A stretch of 64,000 nucleotides of DNA, taken from Octopus bimaculoides. Its lineage: Eukaryota. Under the pieces are notes generated by a model. That model worked only from the letters and a program-made list of their open reading frames with translations. It searched no databases and was not told where the DNA came from. This document shows, piece after piece, positions 27,005-41,363 of this stretch. The position numbers and the translations under genes were made by a program. Each line of letters begins with the position of its first letter. Positions within the stretch are counted from its first letter, which is position 1. The DNA is taken from positions 8,153,583-8,217,582 of the forward strand of contig NC_068986.1 in assembly GCF_001194135.2 (NCBI RefSeq), in the 5' to 3' direction.

Positions 27005-27273
27005 CATGGCCGACCAGATTCTTGGCTGCTGTTATACATCGCAGGTCACAATGCGCTTTTCATTGGTCTAGCTTTCGAACAGACCGACGTTGCTTCCGAT
27101 CGGAATGCCATTCCGTCACGGGGAAACTCATTTACAGTTGAGTGAAGAACCGAAGGAACGTGAAATGCAGTGTTTTGCTCAAGAACACAAGGAGCCGCTC
27201 GGTCTGGGAATCGAAACCCTTCATCCAGCGATCGTGAGTGTAACACCCTCACCACAAAACCACGCATGAGCAC
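27005..27273 (-). mobile_element. tRNA-derived SINE with Meta-like domain (second copy)
   Basis: Reverse complement: gtggttttgtggtgagggtg..ggtttcgattccc..tgtgttcttgagcaaaacac..cactcaactgtaaatgag; homologous to 24760-25003. Confidence 0.65.
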
Positions 27274-27444
27274 ACATACAGTTTATCGCTATAAAACTTG
27301 GAAAATATGTATGTAATAATCATCTAAGTCTAATGAATGCCGTCTTTAAACATTTCTAGTGTCTGAAATTATTTTATATAACATACATGTCTTCATATAT
27401 AATAGGTATCTTCCATCTTACCCAGCTTATTATTAAAGGTAACC

Positions 27445-27560
27445 TTTTTATTATCGTAGGCACCCTGCCTATTATTATTACTATTGTTATCGACACCCTA
27501 TTTATTATTATAAGCAGCCTATTATTGTAGGTACCCTGTCTATTATTATAGGTACCCTGT
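27445..27560. repeat. Short minisatellite, about 20-bp unit (CTATTATTRTAGGTACCCTG)
   Basis: Three to five degenerate copies visible. Confidence 0.55.
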
Positions 27561-28540
27561 GAATGACTTATGTAATTGTTTATGTGTCAAATCCATTTGC
27601 ATCTACATTAGGAAGAACTGGAAAAGGACAAAATATCCACGAATGTTGTACTCACTTATTACAATCGACTGGTTTTATCTTCTACACTTAAGCATATTGT
27701 TTCACTATTCTATTTTTATAATTATTTGTAGCAAGGCATTGGTCTTGTGCAGTTAGAAAGCAAACCTACTGATTCTACTTTTAGTATAGAGATGATGAGC
27801 CATTAATGGTTTCTTTACTCCAACTTGCCCTCACTCTCTCTCTCTCTCTTTTTTTTTTCTCTTTCTCTCTCTCTCTCTATTGTCTTCTACACACTATTGG
27901 TCAATAAGTGCATTTCTCTCCGTTTTCTTTTTTCACCTTATATTTTGCATTTCCGCTTTTTATTTTTCTTAACATTTTCTTTTGTTTCTTTTTTTCTCTA
28001 AATCTTTTTCTTCGGCGAAGTTAGTTTCTAATTTGTAATTTATTCTTTCTTTATAAATAGTAAAAAAAAAGCACTTCCACATTTTCTTGCTACACTAATC
28101 AGTCTCCATTTGCTTGCTTCTAAACACATTCACCATCGCTCTGTGGTTACTTTACGTTGATAATTGTTTTTGTTTTCTACTAAAATCAGAATCAGTCCTT
28201 CCTGAGGAGTGTGGGGGGGGGCGTAATTATATTCTATTTATATCAGCTTGGAAGCGGTCGATTGCAACGCTATTAATTGTTATTTGTTCGTTTGTTTGTT
28301 TGATGTTTTCAGTCTGACCTCTTCCATTCAGTTCGAATTTATTATTCTGAAGTTTTACTGTATAACATCGATGGCAGGGATGTTTATAATGTTGAGATGT
28401 TAGCTTAGTTCTGAATCGTCCTCAATCTTTTAATGTATATCTCAGTCTCTCTCTCTCCTCTAAAACTCGTCTCTATTTCTTATAGGTTTTCTGTCCTCCA
28501 AAGTATTTGTTTGGATGATTCTGATCTAAATATCTCATTT
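27560..28540 (-). mobile_element. Decayed R4/Dong-type LINE fragment (RT C-terminus to pre-zinc-knuckle region)
   Basis: Minus-strand INIPAIDVIQ*NFRII (cf. INxxAIPVIxYSFxIINW), ADINRI..EGLI (cf. ADxDRLY..GGRGL), TAQDQCLATNNYKNRI (cf. AAQDQxLxTRNY). Confidence 0.6.
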
Positions 28541-28554
28541 TGGCGTCTGCGAAT

Positions 28555-28771
28555 TCATTACCATTATTATCATTATCATCAGCGCCACCGTCGTCATCAT
28601 CATCATCATCATCATCATAATAATAATAATATTTAACAACAGCAACTTTTCTTCTTCTTCCTCCTCTTCTTCTTCTTCTTCTTCTTCTTCTTCTTCTTCT
28701 TCTTCTTCTTCTTCTTCCCTTCGTTTTCTTGTTCTTTTTGGTGTTCTACTTTCTTTTACTTTTCTTTTTCG

Positions 28772-28831
<60 letters not shown>

Positions 28832-28832
28832 C
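28555..28832. repeat. Compound (CAT)/(AAT)/(TTC)/(TAT) microsatellite block
   Basis: Visible arrays; source of the poly-I/E/M ORF. Confidence 0.9.
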
Positions 28833-29046
28833 AAGATGCCGAGCTGACAAAATCTTTAGTGGGCCGGACAAAATGCTTAGCGGCATTTCGTCCCTTCTCA
28901 CATTCTGAGTTCAAATTCCGTCGGGTTCGACTTTGCTTTCATTCTTGCGAGGTCGATAAATTAAATACCAGTTAAGTACTGGCGTCGATGTAATCCACTT
29001 ACCCGCTGCCCCAAAATTGGTCACCTTGTGTCAAATTTGAAATCCA
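28833..29046 (+). mobile_element. Monomeric Nin-type SINE
   Basis: aagatgccgagctgacaaaatc..ctgagttcaaattccg..ggtcgataaattaaataccag..gtcaaatttgaaatcc, followed by (ATT)n. Confidence 0.8.
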
Positions 29047-29060
29047 TATTATTATTATTA

Positions 29061-30224
29061 TTGTCCAGTAGTTTTATTTTTATAACGTGCTTTCACTTCA
29101 CTACCGAGCGCAGCTCTGTGCGCCTTGGGTATGTGCTGTGGTGCTCTTATGGTTACTGTATTGAAAGTGTTTTGCGTAGGATGTGTGCTGTGCCCAGTAG
29201 TGCAATTTTCTGTATGTTATATATATTTGTAAGTCCTGGTGTTTTTGTTATGCATTTATCTGAATATTTTTTTATTATACCTAAGGCACCTACTATGATA
29301 GGAATTGTTTCTGTTTTTAGATTCCAGATTCGAGTTACCTCTATTTCCAGGTCTTTGTATTTTGAAAGTTTTTCCATTTCTTTTAGAGAGACGTTGTCAT
29401 CTGCTGGTATTGATACATCAATTAGAAAGCATTTTTTTTCTTCATGATCTTTGACAACTATATCTGGTCTATTTGCCTTAATTTTTCTATCTGTGTGTAT
29501 TTATTGTCATATAAATGTTTAACATTTGGTAGATTGAGGCAAATTCCTGCGACATCATCTGCTACACATCCGTGTTGTTGGGGTGCGTGCAGCTCACTTC
29601 CCTTCTGTCGCGCCATGCAGAGTCCTGGCTATGAAGGGAATTTTCTCTCCATTTCTTCTTCAGTGTCTTTTGTAATTAAGTTTTCATGCTGTTTTTTTTT
29701 CTTTGCTTTTTCTTTGTCTCTCTCGCCATTTCTGCTATGTTGTCATCTGAGGTCAGTGTAGTTTGCTTCTGTTTTGTATTTTGTGGCTTCCATGTGTATA
29801 GAGAAAAGCGTTTCCTTTCTCATGTTGCTTTACTACATGCAGTAGTTTTCCTCTCTTTGTTTCTAAGTACTCTGCTAGTCCAACTGTTGTTATTTTATAG
29901 TAGTTTTCTATCTGTATCAGGCTACGACCTTCTTCTGAGTGGAGTAGATATATTCTGTCTGCGTCTGCTTGCGGGGGGGGGGGTGACTTTTAGTAGGTTT
30001 CTGGTTTTTCTATCTAGGTTTCTCAAGTCACTGATCTTCCAGTTTATTATGTTAAAGTTGTAATTTATGTCAAGTATGGATAGCGTGTTTATCCCTATTA
30101 ACTAATTTTTAGTATTAAGTTCAATATTTAATATAAGTTTAACTCCTCAGTAATACCCTCTCCTAATTTTCTCTTTTATTTCTGTGTGTTGTATTTCAGC
30201 TGTTTCTTCTATTAATTGATATTT
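29061..30224 (-). mobile_element. R4/Dong-type non-LTR retrotransposon 3' fragment with restriction-like endonuclease domain and 3' UTR
   Basis: Minus-strand INWKISDLRNLDRKTR, ADADRIYL..EEGRSLIQIENYYK, then IHTDRKIKANRPDIVVKDHEEKKCFLIDVSIP (PD..D motif) continuing into ORF 29153-29377 (KLSKYKDLEIEV..IPIIVGALG..QKIALLGTAHILRKTL*). The zinc knuckle appears deleted. The 3' end runs into (TAA)n. Confidence 0.9.
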
Positions 30225-30225
30225 G

Positions 30226-30628
30226 AAGGCGGCTAGCTGGTAGAAACGTTAGCACGCCAGGCAAAATGCTTAGCGGTATTTCATCTGCCTTTACGTTCTG
30301 AGCTCAAATTTCGCCGAGGTCGATTTTGCCTTTCATCCTTTCGGGGTCGATAAATTAAGTACCAGTTACGCACCCGGGTCGATGTAATCGACTTAATCCG
30401 TTCGTCTGTTCTTGTTTGTTCCCTCTATGTTTAGCCCCTTGTGGGCAATAACGAAATAGGTATTTCGTCTGCCTTTACGTTCTGAGCTCAAATTTCGCCG
30501 AGGTCTATTTTGCCTTTCATCCTTTTGGGAGTCTATAAATTAAGTACCAGCTGCGTACTGGGGTCGATCTAATCGACTGGCCCTCCCCCAAAATTTTCGG
30601 GCTTTGTACCTAGAGTAGAAAAGGATAT
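30226..30628 (+). mobile_element. Complete dimeric Nin-type SINE
   Basis: Head plus Nin domain plus tail A (30226-30458), then a headless second monomer plus tail B ending cctagagtagaaaagga. Confidence 0.9.
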
Positions 30629-31055
30629 TTGTATGAGCAGTTGTGGTCTAATTCTCTAATTTCTGTGTCTATTTCGATGCAGTGTTTTCAGTGTTGAATA
30701 GTTTGCTTCTTCTCAGTGTAACTCTGGCACATTTCTCCGGCTCCATGCTCATTCCGATGCCATTGCTTATAGATAAAAACTCGCCTTTATTTCTTTTCGA
30801 AGTTTTATTACCGAGCATATCTGACGTGTTGCATTTTATATATATTATATATATATTATTATTATTATTATTTGTCTCGTTTAATTTGTTTAAACACTGC
30901 GTGTTCTTAGTTGGCTTGTTTATGTACGAAATGTACGGGTGCATATGTGGATCATATAAACATTACATTGATGTATATTTGTGTAGAAATGAGACTATAT
31001 GTACGATTATTATTTGTGATTATTATTATTATTGTTGTTGTTGTTGTTATTGTTG

Positions 31056-31163
31056 TTTTACATCTCAAAACGTTCGGTCTTGTTTGTTTTGATAGATTCT
31101 GTGAGAGCGGACAGCAGCCTGTAGCCCAGAGGTCTCACGGGGTCTCTTTCCGCACAGAGACCC
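31056..31163 (-). mobile_element. Probable very short LINE 3'-end insertion between AAT/AAC tracts
   Basis: A 108-bp unique island (minus: ..gagacctctgggctacaggctgctgtccgctc..) flanked by (TAA)n and (CAA/TAA)n; resembles R4/Dong 3' UTR ends as I remember them. Confidence 0.4.
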
Positions 31164-31222
<59 letters not shown>

Positions 31223-31224
<2 letters not shown>

Positions 31225-31443
31225 GGCGATGAATCGACAGAATAGTTAGCACGCCAGCGAAATGCTTAGCGGCTTTTGTTCCGTTTTTACGTTCTGAGTT
31301 CGAATTCCTCCAAGGTCGACTATTTTCTTCCATCCTTTCGTGTTGGGGGTCGATAAAATAAATCCAAGTTGAATACTAGCCTCGATGTGTTCGATTTTCT
31401 GGTTCCCCCAGAAATTGTTAGCCTTGTGGCAAAATTTGAAACC

Positions 31444-31499
<56 letters not shown>

Positions 31500-31500
31500 C

Positions 31501-31578
<78 letters not shown>
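31223..31578 (+). mobile_element. Monomeric Nin-type SINE followed by an (AGT)n/(AGC)n tract
   Basis: aaggcgatgaatcgacagaatagttagcacgcc..gagttcgaattcc..ggtcgataaaa..ggcaaaatttgaaacc (to ~31443), then a triplet tract. Confidence 0.8.
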
Positions 31579-33249
31579 CTTGAATATTCACGCAAAGAGA
31601 CTCCTATGTCGAAACTTTTGCGGAGTGATTCATATCCCGATTACTTAATACAAGCGTACAAGGATGGCCTTCATTTCGCAACGAAAGGTTTTGGAATACT
31701 TCCCTGTGTACCCTATAACACTGGGTGGGAAAAAATTTTGTCGAAGTATTATTTTACTGTGTATATTTCTGCCATCGGCTATTTTGAAATATTAACTCGC
31801 ATTCCAAGATGGCTGCCTCTCAAATAGCGACATAAGATGCACATTGCCTGATCAACGTAAACAAACGCACCTCCAATTATTTTCATACCCGAAATTGTAT
31901 TTAGGAGAAAAGAAACAGAAAATGTAAAACTTAACCAAACCAACAGAGCTGGCAGTTGTAGAATATGAAACAAAATAAAATATAGTATTACAAACATTAT
32001 TTGGATGAAGAAAACAGCATAAACAGTAAGAACTACACCGATTGCGCCACGTACAACAAAATTAGTTTATCTATTGCAGACCTTGGGATAATAATGAGCT
32101 CTTTTGTACGAGTCATATAAAAGACATGTTTGGACGGTGTACAGAAAGTTACCCAAGAAAGGTCGGCGAAGTTAGTATACCAGTTTTGGGGGGTTTTCTT
32201 TTCAGATGTGAAAACCGTTTCTATATCCCTTCGACAGAAGAGTCGTTTGGAAATCTGAATAATGTGTGGCCTCCACGATAGAAATATAGCATTTGAAAGC
32301 GTGTACGTTTTATTTTAAAACGATTATTTAATATTTGATTACTTCAAGGCTGCAGAAGATGACTGCAACACGGAAAAAAACAACGATAAGCCCACCCTAA
32401 GATAAACATGGAAAACAATAGTAAGAACTTTAAAAGGAAGAGAATCAAAAAATTAATACAAACAGGCAGAAGCATCAAACATCTAACCGTTACTAATAAG
32501 AGCAATAAAAGCATTTTTATAAGCATTGCTCATGAGAAGATGCTTGGTAGATTTCGAGGACGAGAGAAAGAATATAAGAGCAATATGTCATACAAACTGG
32601 TACATATTTCCAAAGTAATTGACGGGCGAAAGAATCATTACCATAGCTTTGCTTTATGAAATTCAGAGTGAGATTTCAATGAATCTTCAAAGGTTCCTCT
32701 AAACAGCAATGAATGACATATTTAATCACAAAAGTCACGACTCGAAACATTGATAGCCCCTTTGATCCCTAATGCGTAAGCACTGATGCGGTGCAGTTGA
32801 GAAAATACATAAACAGAAGACACAGAAGAATTTGTGTTCGGGTGTGGTTTCTAAAGTCATGAGCCCTCTCATCAAAAGACCACGAAGTTATTCTCGACCT
32901 GTACCACGTTGCAGAAGTAGAGAGAAAACAATTCCACTGATGTTACAGGACAGAAAATCCTGTCGCTAGGTGTGCAGCAGTAAGAAACTTTTGAGATCCT
33001 CATTACAGTGAGGCCCAGTGGAATATCTTCTGTCTGTTTAGAGATTTTTCAACTCAGGCTCGGGCCTAGGTTTCTAATCACAGATGGGGGTGATTGTAGT
33101 TTCTATGGATATAAACAGTTCCTTTATTGGGCTTACCGTAAGTGTGGCATTTGCCCGCTCTCAAGCCTGGGATCATATCCAAGGGTTTAAATTGGTCAAA
33201 TTGGAGATAAAGAGGCATTAGCGAGGAAGTACATTTACCAAGAAATTAG

Positions 33250-33293
<44 letters not shown>

Positions 33294-33537
33294 GTAACAA
33301 ACTAAACAAAGAACTACCTTCAAAGAGGGGTGTAAAACATCCAAGCCACTTGTACGTCAATCGAGTACCACATAAGTAGGGATATAATGCAAATTACAAA
33401 CAAAAAACTATGTAGAGAGATACAATTTACAATCCAATAATTCATTTATATTATAGTATAGCATAATATACTATGAATATAATATAAGATATGAAAACAT
33501 TAAAAAATCATTATGCCACCCTACCATGTGTGATACC

Positions 33538-34364
<827 letters not shown>

Positions 34365-34663
34365 GTGATACCCAACTGACGTCGTTAAAATATACTAGAC
34401 CGCAGCCTGCATGCAGCCATCATTCTGTACGAGCACGTGGACCTCAGAGTAAAAAAAATAGCTTGCATAGCTTTCACAGTATTAATATCACGTGATCTGA
34501 ACCGACCAATTGAGATCTTGCACCTAAAGGCCAGATTACATTTGCCTCATTCGACTCCGGACATTTGACCAGATGAACATATATTACGGGCCTACCAAAC
34601 TTTAAGTGAAGTGGAGCTGAGTTAAACTGTTATTATATATATACACATACATACATACATATC

Positions 34664-34693
34664 GATAGATAGATAGATAGATAGATAGATAGT

Positions 34694-34741
<48 letters not shown>

Positions 34742-34746
34742 CATAC

Positions 34747-34796
<50 letters not shown>

Positions 34797-35160
34797 CTTT
34801 CTTTTATTAGCCACACAGTGCTGCACACGGAGGGGACAGATACAACTGTAGAGCTTTTCTTTTAAAAAAATAAAATAAAAGTAAAAAATTTTAAAACTCC
34901 GATCAAAAGGGATCGGTAGGGGCAAAAAAAAAGGGGGGGTATCGTATATCACAGAAAATGTCAATTGTGTAAAATGGGGTAACATTAGGTTTATCCATGG
35001 AGAGGAAAGCCTACGGAAAAGACCATGGTAACCTCAGCAGGGAATAGACACATGAGAGCGAAGTGCTCTCTCTCTTTTTTTAAATTTTTTTTTTCTCGAT
35101 TTATAGGATAATGCTCAAAGAGGTATCGTCACTCGCACGCACCATCTTTGCTACATTCAC
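34664..35160 (-). mobile_element. L1/Tx1-type LINE 3' end with (TATC)n tail
   Basis: Minus: last codons VAKMVRASDDTSLSIIL*, 3' UTR, AATAAA (34803-34808), then an (ATCT)n array (34664-34794). The clade call is from recollection of the family. Confidence 0.5.
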
Positions 35161-36228
35161 CCACAGGTTTAGTTTGATACAGAATATAAACAGCGTTTAA
35201 TCATTTATAAATTATCGTAAATATATTCTTGTATTATGAACATTTGAAAACGGATATGATCCTATAAAAATTAACCGGCAAAATTGTCATTTTATGCAAG
35301 CCTGAATAGGTTATTTTTCATACAATTCTTTTGCAATATATTGCATTTTTCTCTGTTTATTGAATACGTAGAACCTCGAATTACTTAGTAAAATGTGAAA
35401 GAAATTCCAAATACAGTTTTCTTTCATGACAGTAACAATATAATCGTTACAACGTAAAATTATTTTTTGGAAATATGTTCACACTATGAAACATACAATG
35501 GAAAAACGTTGAAACCTAAACAAGGTTTCATCTAAGATGGCGTCTCTTTCAAAGGAACCAGGCTATTTTCGTCTACAATTCTTTGTTATTATTTGAAAGC
35601 TTAAATATATATCCGTTGGTTTTATAAATTTATTTTGGTAATTTTACAAATATATTTGTGTATTACAAATTCGTTCCACATCGAAATTATATATAGAAAG
35701 TAAAAAAAAGAACTAGCAATATTTCTTTCCGAAACTTCCATGGAAATGGATAACATGAAAAGAAAATGTCCAGAATATTTTTGTTCTCCTTTCCTCAACC
35801 AATCATACAAATAAGAAATTTTTTTTCATCTTGCATATTTTATTTACTATTTTACAATTTTCTAAACGAAAATTTGATTGTAGATGATTTTCTTTCAGTC
35901 AGTCGATGAATTACAGTTAGTTTGTTCTGAAGACTAAACTCCAATTAGATAATATCAACACAAATAAAACGTGTCAACGATGAAAAAAAAATATCTGTAA
36001 GATTTTTTTTTTTCGGAAAATAAAATACTTTCACAATACAGTTAGATTTATGTGCGTTCGCATGTGTACATCCGTGTGCATACGTACGTTTGCACACATA
36101 CACACACACATGGGGTTTTAACATGTTTCTTGCAAGTAGTTTTAATATATGTACGTATGCATTCACGCACACACACATCTAAAAGTAAATTGTGCGTATA
36201 TATGAATGTATTCATGTATGTTGCTATT

Positions 36229-36264
<36 letters not shown>

Positions 36265-37495
36265 TTTGCGGTGGCGGGCATCTGGATTTGTAGTGGTGGA
36301 GATGTAAATCTCAGTATATGTGTAAGTTGGCTTTATCAGTGTGTTGAATGCATCTGTGGATTTGTTTTAGATTGCTTTTTCTTTCTTGTGTGTGTGCGTA
36401 TGTGTGTGTGTGTGCGTGTTTTCAGTTGCTCGAGTTGATTAGAACAAAGATAAGTTTTCGTTTTCTCTACAACCCCCAACCCAACCCCGTCTCTCTCTTT
36501 ATTCCTCCACCCCTACCCCTGTCTTTCTCTCTCTTCCCCACANNNNNNNNNNNNNNNNNNNNNNNNNNNNNCGCACCATCTCTCTTCAACACAAACCAAT
36601 ACACTTTTCACAGACTATTGATCAGTTGTATGTTGTATTGCATTCTTCATATTTTCCAATTCTTCTTTATGTCTGTCATTCTTCTGCTTCTATGATTTAG
36701 AAATATTGACAATGCTAAAAAGTTTAGGTTTTTCGAAACGCGAATCAGAAAAAGTTGCAAGATATGTTCTTGAAATGGAAAGCAAGTCGGAGATATTTTC
36801 TGCATTAAAAGACATGAAGGAAAACGATTGATTTTATCGATTCCGAGTAAACATAGTGTATCGCATATAGAACAATATAGATTGGGTTTAGATATTCTTC
36901 AGAACTACATAGAGTGAGTGTTTGTGTTTCTTTTTTTAAAGAAATACAGCAGGAACGTCATGGGTGTATTTTTATATGTGTGTTTCCGTAGATAAGAATG
37001 TGTGTAGATGGTTGTAGAAAAGAGGTGTGTGTGTGTGGATATAGATGCAACAACACAAAATGCGTGTACGTGTTTGTATAAGAGAGTGTATTTATAAGAG
37101 GAAAAAAAATGTGTCAAATGTTGCGCGTGTTTATTTAAATGTCATTTCATTTCTGTGTCTGATTATGTTGTGAGCGTGAAAAATGAAGAATATTTTGATA
37201 TGTTAAGATGTGTTCCTAAGTGTGTTTTTGGTTGTGTGAACGCGTGTGAGTATTGTTGCATTTCAGTACTTAAGATAACAGCTTCTATTTTAGGCATTGT
37301 TTTAATTGGAAATATTCTGTTTCACGTTAAAACTTTAAAGCTTCGAAATTGGTTTGTTTTGATATTTTTGATTCTCGTTGTTTCAGCCATTAAATGTTTG
37401 ATTTCGTGAGTAGTGGCAAGATGAAGTAATTACGGCAGTCTCTTCATTTCGAAATGAAGTCGTTCAGTCAATCTTTGAATAATATTACAATACAA

Positions 37496-37990
<495 letters not shown>

Positions 37991-38174
37991 ATAATAATAA
38001 TAACAATAATAATAATAATGCCATTGCAATATATGAATGCAAAAGTGAGACGTAAAATATTTCTGAATATTATTTCGAGAAACTTGGATACAAACATCGA
38101 AAATAGAAATTTAAATAAATAACTTTCGTAGAAGATTTATAAATAACCTGAAATGGTTTTCATATTGCGCAAGA

Positions 38175-38370
38175 AAAATGATTGTGACGGCCAGGAAAAT
38201 GTCTTGCATTATTCATCCAGATCTTTACATTCTGAGTTCAAATACCAATGAGGTTAGCTTCTCTTTTCAATATCTCTGAGTCAAGACAAAAGATACCAGT
38301 TGCGTATTGGTGTCTATGCAATCAGCTAACAACCCCATCTCTCTGCTTACGTTAGAAACGGCATTAATAA
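38175..38370 (+). mobile_element. Degenerate Nin-type SINE
   Basis: tttacattctgagttcaaatacc..gaggttagct..gataccagttgcgtattggtgtc.. Confidence 0.5.
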
Positions 38371-38479
38371 TCGTTAACGTCGAAAACTTCGATATGTTTC
38401 ACCAAAGATTGGCCCTGACCACCTGACAGGATCTGCTAGATAATTTTAAAGGCAAGGTTTGTGGTATCATCGCCCATTT

Positions 38480-39300
38480 AAATAAGTTTTTGTTTTTGTT
38501 TTTGTTTTTTTGCTAAGTGCGATGTATCCAGGTACAGACGATTTATCTGGTAAGTTTGTTTGTCCAGGCTCGTTTAGAAGTAATGCAACCTTTTTCTGTT
38601 TCGATTTGTTTTTCAGCAATGTTAAATAAAGAAGGGAATGATGCGGAAAAGAAATTGTATTGCAGTGAATTTATGTATTAGAAATCTAAATTGTGTAGGG
38701 GGCGCATGGCAGGTGGTCCCATCCTTGGATTAATTCTGAATCTGATTTTTTTAGGTCGTTTTGGCAATGTTAGTGGTAATTTCTCCATATTTTCTTATCA
38801 ACCTAAAGATACATTTCAATATTTATTAGATTTTTCTTCTGTTCTGCAGATATGAAACTCATAATTCAGAGAAATAGACATTGCATCAGCAGCACAATTA
38901 TTCGAGAAGCAAACTGTAATTTAAGAACAAAATAATGAATACACCTTTAAAAAGAAATTTGTAATATCTTATCTTCAAAGGATCACCGTTTGCTTTCCAC
39001 TTTCCTCTCCATAATCTAAAATATTAATACTACTGTAATGATGATATCGTATTTATTAACTTTTCTAATACTCTCAAGTATTGTCTGTTATAGATTGCAT
39101 TTCGGAAATATCAAAGTCGTTTCTAGCAGAACTTAGTATTGTCATTGATCGAGACAAGATGTCTTTTACCGAACAACGCTTTCTCTCCATTTACCTTCTC
39201 ATAATTATGATGTGATCGGAGAAAACAGAGAAGTGTTGAGGTATTTACAGCTGCATGTTGTATGAAAATAAGGTTGAAGTTAGTAGAAATTCATTATCAT
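38480..39300 (-). mobile_element. Decayed CR1/L2-type LINE C-terminal fragment
   Basis: Minus-strand IRFRINPRMGPPAMRP, PSLFNI, SLDK, LPDKSSVPGY, matching the PRLG..LFN..LDK..PD.P..PGY pattern of such ORF2 ends. The left-to-right order is consistent; boundaries approximate. Confidence 0.45.
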
Positions 39301-40069
39301 GTTACTCGCAATTAGCGTTAATCTTTCAAGCAATTCTATAATTATTTCTTGTATTCTATCTGAAAATTGAAACGTTACAGAAACTTTGCAAAATGTTTGT
39401 GATGTAATATACTGGCCCATTGTTTATGGGTGTAGCATTGTTGATCACCTTTAGCCTTGAATAAAAGACTCGGCGATAATTTTGCAGACACAATGATATC
39501 CTTTATCAATAGTGACTCGTTATTTGCGAGTTTCGACGGCACTCATATTTTAGAGGAGTTTCAAAACGTTTTCAAAATTCCACTAAAAGCGAACATTCGA
39601 CGTAAAAGGAAAATTCACTGCAGTTACCATGACGAAAGAAATCCATGCTTATGGTAAAACGGTCTAAAAACACTCGTATCTGCTCAGCGTCACCCCTAGC
39701 GGACTCCTAAGCGCATTTCTGACTCCTTAGCCTTCCTCAGTATGAGATGCCGAAGAGAGAGACAACCTTGAACAGGTTCTAAAATAGTAGCTTTATATTT
39801 GAACAGTGAATATCAGTGACTGAATGGCACGTACGGACCGCTTGGTCAGAATAAATACAATAGTATCAGTGCTAAGCTGTGATGAAAGGCATAAAGAGCC
39901 AGAAACGCATGTAGGAGTACGCTACAGGCCAGACACTGAGGAGATATGGTGCTATTATACCTCTTACCATAAAGCAGATTTTTTCTACACAGTAACTACA
40001 GTGAGGTTGCGTTTAGAATTTGAGATATGTCACAAACTAACCTACAATTTGTTGCTTCCTCATCGCGGG

Positions 40070-40113
<44 letters not shown>

Positions 40114-41254
40114 CAAATGAAAGACAGAAGATGGAATATACGAGAAATTATAATAAATCTCGACAATTGTTTCGACTCATCTAGCATCGATTCCTCTTGG
40201 GTGTGACGTTAAACAACTGTTTCAGGAGCATTTGGTGGTGTGGATGCATCTCATCGGGTGATAAATAAATACAACTCGTTAACATAACTGTTCCGCAATG
40301 TAACTTTCCGTTTTGTTGAGAGAAAAGCAATGAGACGGAGGAAATATCTTCATTTATATAGAAGATCAAAAATAAAATCACAGATGACAAAAAGAGAAAC
40401 GAACACGCAATCCAGGGAGAAAAGTTTTGCAATTGCAACGCTACTATAATATCGGTGCAATTTCTTCATGGTCTTTACTTTAATATCCTTCGATGTAACT
40501 GTTGAAACATAATATATATAAATTATTAGCGACGAAAGTAGAAGCAGTACTAATATCAATACTAACACCTAATTCTGCGTTATCAGCCTTCAGAGATCCT
40601 CTCAATGAGTGCTTAGTATATAAAAAGCTCACACATAGATTGTAGCAGACGAGTATCGTCTGTGTGTGCTTTTATGTAGCAAAGTTCGATATAAAGATTA
40701 GCTTTTGCGGTTACTATTGCTTTCCACACTAGCAAATCTTTAATGAGTCTGCTGGTTATTTGTGGCATCTATGTCTGAAAAGATGCTGATCTTCCATATA
40801 TCGTAAAAGCTAGATTTGACCGGCGTGCGGTAACCAGATCTTTCCCAATGATGAGGTCCAACAGAGTGAAATTAACTGAAATGCGAGTTCCGGCGCCCGT
40901 GACAGATGATTCTTGTCTGCTACGCTCTATGCGTCTGTTTATATGCATTAGGCGACTATATGAGATGATGTCTCAAGGCTGATAGCGCACGCGCACACAC
41001 ACACACACAAACACACACATACACACACATGTATGTGAGTGTTTGTTTATATATATATTTAATTTGGTATACATGCACGTATATACATTCATATATAGAC
41101 ACACACATATATATATATATACACACACGTACATACCTATATCACATAAACACACATACACACACACATTTGCTAAAATATTCGATGCCGTTTTCATGAA
41201 ACGATGCGTAAAATAGTATATATGTTTTTAAAATAAAAAAAAAGAAAATGTAAT

Positions 41255-41363
<109 letters not shown>

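Noticed and set aside
31578-31827. About 80 open codons after the (AGT)n tract, with a YY1-like CAAGATGGCTGCC
   Set aside because: No homology recognised; the length is compatible with chance and the motif alone is uninformative.
39700-39747. Minus-strand CUGAGGA-A-GGCU-aagg-AGUC-A-GAAA hammerhead-like string
   Set aside because: Stem I cannot form at the junction and stem III is mismatched.
40845-40920. C/D snoRNA-like ATGATGA..CTGA with a near match to 18S (gagtgaaattaa)
   Set aside because: Central mismatch in the guide, no terminal D box or closing stem.
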